Source: an uncultured Actinomycetota bacterium (lineage in GTDB: Bacteria > Actinomycetota > Actinomycetes > Streptosporangiales > Streptosporangiaceae). From it: a DNA stretch of 64,000 bases. The stretch lies in assembly GCA_963843955.1 (NCBI GenBank), contig CAWJMK010000018.1, positions 648,445-712,444 of the forward strand, read 5' to 3'. A program made the position numbers and the translations under genes. The first letter of the stretch is position 1, and each line of letters opens with the position of its first letter. The notes under the pieces are model-generated. The model ran no database searches, had not been told where the DNA came from, and was given only the letters and a program-made list of their open reading frames with translations. Below are positions 56,687 to 64,000 of the stretch, one piece after another.

Positions 56687-58071
56687 AGTGCCCGGAACGC
56701 CGGGAAGGTCTTGGCGACGGTGGCCGCGTTCGCGACGTGCAGGCCAGGAACTGCGAGCCCGAGGACGGCCGCCGCCATGACCAGACGGTGATCGTCGTGG
56801 CTGTCGAACGGGTCGGGGCCCGCGCGCAGGGGCCGCGGCACAATGCGCAGCCCGTCAGGCAGCTCGGTCACCTGACCGCCCAGGGCACCGATCTCGCGCA
56901 CGAGCGCGGCGAGCCGGTCGCTCTCGTGCAGGCGCATGTGCCCGATCCCCGTGAACTCCGACGGCGCGTCGGCCAGCGTGGCAAGCGCGGTCAGAATGGG
57001 TGCCAGCTCGCTGATGTCGCGCAAGTCAGCCGTGATGCCGTGGATCACGCCGGTGCCTTCGATGCGCATGCCCGCCGCCGTCGGCTCCCACCGCGCGCCC
57101 ATCTGGCGCAGGACGTCCATGATCTGGCCGGCCGCCTGCAGGCTGTCGGCCGGCCAGCCGGGAATGGTGACGCGTCCGTCCGTGACCAGGGCTGCGGCGA
57201 GGAACGGGGCCGCATTCGACAGATCAGGCTCGATCACGATGGTGCCTGGCGCGAGCCGGCCGGGCAGTACCTGCCAGAAGTCCGGCACCTGCTCGTGGCC
57301 GCGCATACGGCCGACTTCCACCTGCGCGCCCGCCGCCGTCAGCATGGCCGCGGTCATGGCGATGTGCGGCGCAGACGGCACCCGCGCGCCGCGGTGGGTG
57401 ACCGACAGGCCCGCCTCGAAGCGAGGCGCGGCGAGCAGCAGTCCGGATATCAGCTGTGAGGACGACGATGCGTCGAGGGTCACCGCGCCGCCTGCGACCC
57501 GGCCGCGGCCATGCACGACGAACGGCACCGTGCCCCGCCCGCCGTCGTTGATGTCGACGCCCGCCTGCCTGAGGCCGGCTAGCAGCTCGCCGACCGGGCG
57601 ATGCGCCATGCGCGGGTCGCCGCTGAACTCAACGTCCGCTGTCGCCAGGCCCGCCACTGGCGGTACGAACCGCAGCACCGTCCCGGCGTTGCCGACGTCG
57701 ACCTGCGCCTGACCGACGATGTGGCCCGGCGTCACCACCCAGGCCGGCGGCCCGGCCGATGCGACCGGGCCGGTAGTGTCGATGGCGGCCCCGAGGGCGA
57801 TCATCGCCCTGAGCATCAGGGCGGTATCGCGGGCCTGGAGCGGACCGACGATCGTCGTGGGCGCGTCCGCGAGCGCGGCAAGGATCAGCGCCCTGTTGGT
57901 CATCGATTTGGAGCCGGGCAGCCGGATCGTCGCGGCAATGGCGGAGCCGGCCGCCGGTGTGGTCCAGCCGGCATCGGACCAGCCGGTGTCGGTTTGCCCA
58001 GGCGCTCGCATGCCTCCTGAGAGTACTGGCTGGCGGCACGTCTGGACGTGGCCGGCCGGATGGAGCGACAA
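56656..58071 (-). CDS. aroA: 3-phosphoshikimate 1-carboxyvinyltransferase (EPSP synthase)
   Basis: LPGSKSMTNRALILAALA...DVGNAGTVLRF...HDDHRLVMAAAVLGL. The start is possibly ATG 58011. Confidence 0.9.
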   Translation of the reverse strand: MSLHPAGHVQTCRQPVLSGGMRAPGQTDTGWSDAGWTTPAAGSAIAATIRLPGSKSMTNRALILAALADAPTTIVGPLQARDTALMLRAMIALGAAIDTTGPVASAGPPAWVVTPGHIVGQAQVDVGNAGTVLRFVPPVAGLATADVEFSGDPRMAHRPVGELLAGLRQAGVDINDGGRGTVPFVVHGRGRVAGGAVTLDASSSSQLISGLLLAAPRFEAGLSVTHRGARVPSAPHIAMTAAMLTAAGAQVEVGRMRGHEQVPDFWQVLPGRLAPGTIVIEPDLSNAAPFLAAALVTDGRVTIPGWPADSLQAAGQIMDVLRQMGARWEPTAAGMRIEGTGVIHGITADLRDISELAPILTALATLADAPSEFTGIGHMRLHESDRLAALVREIGALGGQVTELPDGLRIVPRPLRAGPDPFDSHDDHRLVMAAAVLGLAVPGLHVANAATVAKTFPAFRALWQQMLGQAP

Positions 58072-58172
58072 TCAAGCACCGCGACGCTGCGAGGCCGGAT
58101 TGATTCCGGATATCTCCGCAAGGTTTGGCATAGCCGGATCTGGGCTATGAAGGCCCACATTCTGAGCTTCGC

Positions 58173-58237
58173 TGTGTCGGTTCCATGTGTCAGTTCGGTG
58201 TGTCGGTTCGGTGTGTCGGCTCATTGTGATGTCAGGT
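58173..58237 (+). repeat. Five tandem 13-nt units (TGTGTCGGTTCGG consensus) abutting the SRAP gene RBS
   Basis: tgtgtcggttcca / tgtgtcagttcgg / tgtgtcggttcgg / tgtgtcggctcat / tgtgatgtcaggt read directly. Confidence 0.85.
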
Positions 58238-58243
58238 GAGGGT

Positions 58244-59155
58244 ATGTGCGGTCGGTATGCATCAACGCGCAAGCGCATTGAGCTCCTGGAGGAGTTCAGC
58301 GTGCAGCGCGACATGGTGGCCGAGCCGCTGAAGCCTGACTACAACGTCGCGCCGACCAAGCCTGTCTACGCGGTCCTGGACCGGGTGGAACGGGCGGCTG
58401 AGCCGGTCTCGGCGGACGGCGTGGACAGCCGCGACGATGCCGCCAGGGAGCAGTCTCGCCGCGGCCCGGCCGACGGGTCGGTGGAGCGCGAGCTTCGCGT
58501 CGTCCGGTGGGGTCTGGTGCCGTTCTGGGCGAAGGACGTCAAGATCGGCAGCCGCATGATCAACGCGAGAGCCGAGACGCTAGCGGAGAAGCCGGCCTTC
58601 CGCCGCGCTTTCGCCAAGCGGCGCTGCCTGCTGCCGGCCGATGGCTATTACGAGTGGCAGTCCATGCCTGGCGCGGCTAAGCAGCCGATGTATATCAGCC
58701 GCGCTGACGGCCGGTCGCTGGCGTTCGCCGGGCTGTATGAGCTGTGGCGCGATCCATCCGTGGACCGGGACGACGAAGACGCGTGGCTGTGGACAACCAC
58801 CATCATCACCACAAGTGCGCCAGACGAGCTCGGCATGATCCACGATCGGATGCCGATGATCATCGATCCAGCCGGCTGGGCCGACTGGCTCGACCCGGCC
58901 AATAGCGATGTCGCCGACGTGCGTGCGCTGCTGGCGCCAGCCGCCGTGGGCGGCCTGATCACTTATCCGGTCAGTACCGAGGTGAACTCCGTCCGCAACA
59001 ACGGGCCGCAGCTGATCGAGCAGGTTGACCCAGGCTCGGTCGCGCCCTTAGCCCACCGCGGGGCTGCTGACCTGCGGGTGGGCGCGGCTATGGGCGCACC
59101 CGCGGGCAGCGCGGAGCGCGGCGACGACGGCACCGGAGTGCTCTGGTCGGCGTAG
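58244..59155 (+). CDS. SOS-response-associated peptidase (SRAP/YedK family)
   Basis: MCGRYAS (catalytic Cys2)...YNVAPT...RWGLVPFWAKD...INARAET...ADGYYEW. Confidence 0.9.
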   Translation: MCGRYASTRKRIELLEEFSVQRDMVAEPLKPDYNVAPTKPVYAVLDRVERAAEPVSADGVDSRDDAAREQSRRGPADGSVERELRVVRWGLVPFWAKDVKIGSRMINARAETLAEKPAFRRAFAKRRCLLPADGYYEWQSMPGAAKQPMYISRADGRSLAFAGLYELWRDPSVDRDDEDAWLWTTTIITTSAPDELGMIHDRMPMIIDPAGWADWLDPANSDVADVRALLAPAAVGGLITYPVSTEVNSVRNNGPQLIEQVDPGSVAPLAHRGAADLRVGAAMGAPAGSAERGDDGTGVLWSA

Positions 59156-59220
59156 GCGGCCAGGCAGCACGGATCCGCAGATGTTGCTGTCGGCCAGGGT
59201 GCAGAAGGAGGCGGGATCGA

Positions 59221-59571
59221 ATGGACGTCACAATGGTGCGGCAGCGGCTGGAGGAGATCTGCGGCGAGCTGGACAGGTCGATCACTGTCCTGAAGGGTGC
59301 CGGCGGCCAGGTCCAGTCGCCTGGCGACTATCCGCAGGATCCGGCCGACGCTGGCGCCAACCTGTCCGAGACCGAGCGGTCCGAGGCGGTGCTGGCAGTC
59401 GCCAGGAAGCAGCGGTCCGATGTGCTGGCCGCGCTCCATCGCATTGACCTGGGCACCTACGGCACCTGCGTGGACTGCGGGAGAATGGTTCCCGAGGGCC
59501 GGCTCGAGGCCAAGCCGGAAGCGGCCAGGTGCGTGGCCTGCCAGGGCAAGCGCGACCGGCTCCGTCGGTAA
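59221..59571 (+). CDS. TraR/DksA-family C4 zinc-finger protein
   Basis: GTYGTCVDCGRMVPEGRLEAKPEAARCVACQ. Confidence 0.85.
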   Translation: MDVTMVRQRLEEICGELDRSITVLKGAGGQVQSPGDYPQDPADAGANLSETERSEAVLAVARKQRSDVLAALHRIDLGTYGTCVDCGRMVPEGRLEAKPEAARCVACQGKRDRLRR

Positions 59572-59628
59572 ACCAGGTCGCATAGGGCGGTAAAGGCTTA
59601 ATCCCAAGGCGGAGCGGGCCTAGCCGCC

Positions 59629-59654
59629 GGAATGAAGGCGGCAGGCAACGTGTT
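59629..59654 (+). promoter_or_regulatory. SigR/SigH-type promoter GGAAT-N18-GTT upstream of the sigma gene
   Basis: GGAAT at 59629-59633, an 18-nt spacer, GTT at 59652-59654, 10 nt before the first in-frame start at 59664. Confidence 0.7.
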
Positions 59655-59663
59655 TCAGCACAC

Positions 59664-60440
59664 GTGTCTCTTGCCAGCTATCAGACCAGGCCGGACCCGA
59701 CCAAGGCGGTCGCGCGCAATGTGATGACCGCAGGCGTTGTATCCTCCCGGCGAGGCGGCTCGCAGGCAGGTCGGCTGGGGCCCTCGATTCCGGAAGGGGT
59801 GGGTCCGGTCCCCGAGACACTAGAGCAGCGCAGTAAGCGGTTCGAAGATGACGTGCTGCCTTACCTAGATCAGCTGTACGCGGCAGGGATGCGGATGACC
59901 CGCAATCCGGCCGATGCGGAAGACCTGGTCCAGGAGACATTTGCCAAGGCGTATGCGTCTTTTCACCAGTTCCAGGCTGGCACCAACCTCAAGGCGTGGC
60001 TGTTCAGGATCCTGACTAATACGTTCATCAACAGCTACCGCAAGCGGCAGCGCGAGCCGCAGCGCTCGGGCGCCGAGGAGATCGAGGACTGGCAGCTTGC
60101 CCGGGCGGCATCGCACACCTCCGCAGGGCTGAAGTCAGCGGAGACCGAGGCACTGGAGCGCCTCCCGGACTCCGATATCAAGGCCGCCCTCCAGGCACTG
60201 CCGGAGGATTTCCGGCTCGCCGTCTACCTCGCTGACGTCGAGGGGTTCGCTTACAAGGAGATCGCCGACATCATGGGCACTCCGATCGGGACCGTCATGT
60301 CGCGGCTGCACCGCGGCCGCAGGCAGCTTCGCGACCTGCTACAGGACTACGCGGCGGAGCAGGGCATGTTTGCCACCACGCCGTCCGCCCCGACCACGGC
60401 GCACGCCGATGGCGACGTGCCAGGGAAGGACGCGAAATGA
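59664..60440 (+). CDS. sigR: ECF sigma factor, SigR/SigH orthologue (long isoform ORF)
   Basis: [39 protein letters not shown]...[25 protein letters not shown]. Followed by a ZAS anti-sigma gene. Confidence 0.9.
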   Translation: MSLASYQTRPDPTKAVARNVMTAGVVSSRRGGSQAGRLGPSIPEGVGPVPETLEQRSKRFEDDVLPYLDQLYAAGMRMTRNPADAEDLVQETFAKAYASFHQFQAGTNLKAWLFRILTNTFINSYRKRQREPQRSGAEEIEDWQLARAASHTSAGLKSAETEALERLPDSDIKAALQALPEDFRLAVYLADVEGFAYKEIADIMGTPIGTVMSRLHRGRRQLRDLLQDYAAEQGMFATTPSAPTTAHADGDVPGKDAK

Positions 60441-60721
60441 GCTGCGGTAACCCGCACGACGTCCCGTGCACCGAGGTACTCGCGCTGGTGTACTCCTACA
60501 TCGACGGCGAGATGGAGACCAGCGGGTCCGCCGAGATCAGGGAGCACCTCGAGGAATGCGGTCCATGCCTGCGGGAGTATGGGCTGGAGGAGCTGGTGAA
60601 GCGCCTGGTGCACAAGTGCTGCGGCCAGGAGGCCGTGCCCGGCGAGCTGCGCACCAAGGTGCTGACGAGGATCGCGGCCGTCCGGCAGGAGCTCGAGACC
60701 AGCGAGGTCCTCGCCGAGTAG
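60437..60721 (+). CDS. rsrA: Redox-sensing anti-sigma factor RsrA/RshA (ZAS family)
   Basis: [16 protein letters not shown]...[16 protein letters not shown] (HxxxCxxC)...HKCCG. Its start overlaps the sigma gene stop. Confidence 0.9.
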   Translation: MSCGNPHDVPCTEVLALVYSYIDGEMETSGSAEIREHLEECGPCLREYGLEELVKRLVHKCCGQEAVPGELRTKVLTRIAAVRQELETSEVLAE

Positions 60722-60879
60722 GCGGCGCCGAGCCGCTGGCCGGTGCCTCACTGCGCTAGGCCGCTGAGACCAGCTGCGCACATTGTGTGTGAGCCACCAG
60801 GAATCCGCATGATCGCGTTACTCTAAGTGGCGATGCCGGTCGGTTTTTATCGGCACCTCTGCTGCGAGGGGGTCATGGC

Positions 60880-62224
60880 GTGGTCTCCAGGGCCGCATGG
60901 CTCTACATCGTGCTGGTCGTGGCCGTCACCGGCGCTCTGGTGGCTGTGGCGCAGAAGACCCAGCCCGACTTCCACACGCCGTTACTCGACCTCATCGTCC
61001 TGCAGATCCTGTTCCTGGTGTGCAACTCCGCCAAGACGCCGCTGACGTCTCGCCAGACGAAGTGGTCGCCAAGCTCGGCGGCCACGCTGGCCGCCGTCGT
61101 TCTGCTAGGCCCCGTGGCCGCGGCGCTCGTCGGAGCCACTTCGCTGATCAGCCCGCGCCGCCAGCTCCTGGTCGCCGAGCGACTGTTCAACGGCGCGATG
61201 CACGCGCTGTGCGGGCTGGCCGCCGGGCTGACCTACGTTGCGCTCAAGGGACCTGTCGGGCTGCCCCAGCCGACGAAGTTCTGGCCGACTCGTCATCGCC
61301 TTCGCCGTGGCCGCGGCCGTGCACGTGCTGGCCAACCAGACTCTCATCTGGGGCGTTTACCGGCTGAATCGCGGCAGCGGCATGCTGCGGCGCGAGGGCC
61401 TGGAGTCCAGCCTGCCGCTGCTGCTGGCCTCCGACCTTGGCTACGCGTGCCTGGGTCTCGTCATCGCTGCGCTGTGGCCGATCATGAGCTGGTTCTCTGC
61501 GGTGCTCGTGCTCGTCCCGCTGTTCGTGGCGCGCTGGGCCATGGGGCAGTTCGCCGAGCAGCAGCGCGCCTACGCGGCGACCATGAACGCTCTCTGCCAG
61601 GCGGTGGAGACCAAGGACTACTACACCAGGGGCCACGGCGACAGGGTGTCTCGCGGCGCGGTCATGATCGCCCGGCAGATCCGCATGAACTCCGACCGGA
61701 CCGAGGCGATCAGGTTCGCCGGCATGCTGCACGACGTCGGCAAGCTTGGCGTCCCGACCCAGGTGCTCCAGAAGACCGGGGCGCTGACCGAAGACGAGTA
61801 CGCAGCCATCCAGCTTCATCCCATGCGCGGACTGGAGATCGTCAGGGAGATCGGGTTCCTGTACGAGGCGCTGAACGGGATCATGCATCACCACGAGCGG
61901 ATCGACGGGCGCGGGTATCCGATGGGCCTGGCCGGTCACGAGATCCCCGAGTTCGCCCGCGTGATCGCGGTCGCCGACGCCTTCGACTCGATGACGTCCA
62001 CGCGCTCTTACCGCGAAGCCAAGAGCATCGAGCAGGCCATCGGCGAGCTGCGCAGAGGGGCCGGCTCGCAGTTCGACCCGCTCATCGTCGAGGCCTTCAT
62101 CGCCGCGCTCGACGTGACGGAGTGGACGCTGCCGGGACCGGCGACCGCGCCGGCCGACCTGACGGTCGTGACCGTCCAGGACCACGACGACCCGACAGCG
62201 CCGCTTCAGGTGGTGATCCCGTGA
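60880..62224 (+). pseudogene. Membrane-anchored HD-GYP-type phosphohydrolase, apparent frameshift near 61285-61292
   Basis: N-terminal TM segments are in the 60880 frame. From LVIAFAVAAAVH onward the 61238 frame carries ETKDYYTRGHGDRVS...HDVGKLGVP...HHERIDGRGYP. Confidence 0.75.
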
Positions 62225-63535
62225 CCGGCGGCACGATGGCCGGGCGCCAGGCGCCCGAGCGGATCGCGTACTGGCAGGCGCTGGACTCGGGTCGGCTGCT
62301 GCTGATGGCGGTGGCGGCGATGCTGGTCACAGCCGCGTTCGCCGCTACGGCTGTCGACGCTCACTTGCACGGCGCGCACCATCCGTTCTACTGGGCGCCC
62401 GCGCTGGCGTTCGGCGGCTTCATCGCGTTCGGCGAGCTGCTCAGGCTCGCGCTGCCGGGCGGCCGCGAGGCGGCGCCGATCGCCATGGTCGGGGCCATGT
62501 CCTACGCGCTGCTGCTCGCGCTGCCCGGGCACGACATCGGTCGACAGTCCGCCCTGCTGGTCATCGCGGTCGCCGCGGTCGGGATGACGGTGGGCGCGCT
62601 GCCGCACATCGCGGCCGGCCGCCCGGCCGGGGTCACCGGCATCTGCGCGCGCATCGTGGCGGTGGCGTGCGTGGCGGCCATCTTCCGGCCCCTGGTGTCG
62701 GATGTTCGTGCATCGGCCGTGGGAGCTCGCGTTCTCGATCATGGTGCTGCTGGTCTTCTTCGGCTGGCTCATCGACACCGTCATCGCGGCGCTGATCCGA
62801 GCGGACGACGTCGGCGCCAGGTTCGGTGTCGCCATGCTCGACGAGATACGCCTCCAGTGGCCGCTAGGCCTGGCCGTGGGCGCCTCGGTCATCATCACGG
62901 TCTTCAGCACCAAGACGCTGGGTCTTGGCGTGCTGGCCGTGTTCGCTGGCCCGCTGCTGGTCACCCAGGTCGCCTTCCGGCGGTACGCCGGGATCCGGGC
63001 CACCTACCTGCAGACCGTCAGATCGCTGGCGCGCGTAACCGAGGTCGCAGGTTACGTCGAGACCGGCCATTCACGCCGGGTGAGCAGGCTGGCGGTGTCC
63101 GTCGGCCGCGGTCTCGGCATGGCCGAGCCCGACCTGCTCGCGCTGGAGTACGCCGCCCTGATGCATGACATCGGCCAGCTGTCGCTGCGTGATCCCATCC
63201 CCGGCGGCGCGACCGTCCTGGTCTCAGCCGCGGACCAGGACCGGATCGCCGCGGCTGGCGCCGATGTCATCCGTGAGGCCGGCGTCCTGGACGATGTGGC
63301 CGACCTCGTCCGGTGCCAGAGCTGGCCAGCGCACGGGCATGATCCGGCGCCGCCGCTCGGCAGCATGATCATCCGGGCTGCCAACGCCTTCGACGACATG
63401 GTGGGCGGCTCGACCGACCGGGACAGATCGGCCGCCGCGCTTGACCACATGCGGTTCGATCCGATCGAGTACGACGCCCGCGTCGTCGACGCGCTCGCGG
63501 AGGTCGCGGGCCGACGGGTGCCGTCCCGGTTGTAG
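62221..63535 (+). pseudogene. Second membrane-anchored HD-domain protein, apparent frameshift near 62695-62702
   Basis: The TM-rich N-terminus (LLLMAVAAMLVTAAF...) is in the 60880 frame. WELAFSIMVLLVFFGWL...ETGHSRRVSRLAV...LMHDIGQLSL is in the 62702 frame. Confidence 0.65.
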
Positions 63536-63545
63536 GCTGCCGGGC

Positions 63546-64000
63546 GTGCTTGAATCGGTCCTTGTCGCCAATCGTGGCGAGATAGCAAGACGCGTCATCG
63601 CGACCGCCCGCCGGCTCGGCGTGCGCTCGATCGCTGTCTACTCCGAGGCTGACGCCGAGCTGCCGTACGTGCGCGAGGCCGACTCGGCCGTCCTCATCGG
63701 CCCGGCCCAGCCAGCCAGCAGCTACCTGAACGGCTCGGCGGTGCTGGCCGCGGCGCAGCAGACCGGGGCGCGCGCCATCCACCCCGGCTATGGCTTCCTC
63801 GCTGAGAACCCGGCGTTCGCCGCCAGCGTCATCGCGGCCGGCCTCACCTGGATCGGCCCGGCACCGAGCGCCATGGAGCAGATGGGCGACAAGATCAACG
63901 CCCGCAACCTGATGGAGGCGGCTGGCGTGCCGGTGTCGGCGGGCACCCGGCAGCCCGTCGCGGACGTGGCGGCCGCGCTGGCGGCGGCTGCGGACATCGG
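63546..64000 (+). CDS. Biotin carboxylase subunit of an acyl-CoA carboxylase (3' end outside window)
   Basis: GTG start. LESVLVANRGEIARRVIATARRLGVRSIAVYSEADAELPYVREAD...IHPGYGFLAENPAFA...GDKINARNLM. Confidence 0.9.
   Translation, partial: MLESVLVANRGEIARRVIATARRLGVRSIAVYSEADAELPYVREADSAVLIGPAQPASSYLNGSAVLAAAQQTGARAIHPGYGFLAENPAFAASVIAAGLTWIGPAPSAMEQMGDKINARNLMEAAGVPVSAGTRQPVADVAAALAAAADI

Noticed and set aside
58090-58170. A SigR-type or LexA-type site in the aroA/SRAP intergenic region (ggatt...ggtt; ccggattgattccgg palindrome).
   Set aside because: The spacing is 21 nt, not 18-19, and the -35 is GGATT rather than GGAAT. No TCGAAC-N4-GTTCGA LexA box is present. Only the short palindrome remains, which is unremarkable.
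60880-63168. A 762-aa ORF spanning both HD-domain genes.
   Set aside because: Only its first ~135 codons and the 62221-62700 stretch match sensible protein sequence. The rest is Arg/Pro/Gly-rich out-of-frame read-through, typical of high-GC DNA. The real genes use the 61238 and 62702 frames.

Overview
High-GC (about 70%) actinobacterial chromosome segment, no rRNA and no CRISPR. (1) 1-2540: housekeeping genes (5-FTHF cyclo-ligase, FmdB zinc ribbon, MTA phosphorylase, CBS protein) and tRNA-Arg(CCT) at 2462-2538. (2) 2494-24750: the tRNA is an integration hotspot. A compact, apparently intact 7.6-kb actinomycete integrative and conjugative element (AICE: int, xis, FtsK-like Tra, HUH Rep, GntR-HD fusion) is bounded by perfect 45-bp repeats. 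It is followed by four integrase-less island remnants. Three of these end in a decaying copy of the tRNA 3' half, and all four share a conserved ~120-nt arm. Their cargo is TA modules, MFS/HxlR, P450/LLM/solute-binding protein, and tautomerase/SARP. (3) 24750-37430: mixed accessory DNA with a low-GC islet, a deleted second copy of one TA locus, a secreted beta-helix protein and many gene fragments. (4) 37435-53950: TetR/oxidoreductase genes, an out-of-context MraY paralogue, an APH(6)-like kinase, an Rsm22/methyltransferase/MazG operon, PadR plus a DrrAB-like ABC exporter, a GAPDH paralogue and an SDR. (5) 54144-64000: conserved core (CBS, hisN, rsgA, aroA, SRAP peptidase, DksA/TraR zinc finger, sigR-rsrA with a GGAAT-N18-GTT promoter, two HD-domain membrane proteins, biotin carboxylase). 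Several otherwise well-conserved genes carry single frameshifts, which could be real decay or assembly indels. The most unusual structure I see is the tandem accretion array at the tRNA. The most unusual gene is the GntR-HD fusion at the Kor/Pif position of the AICE. All calls are made by eye from translations and motifs, with no database search.
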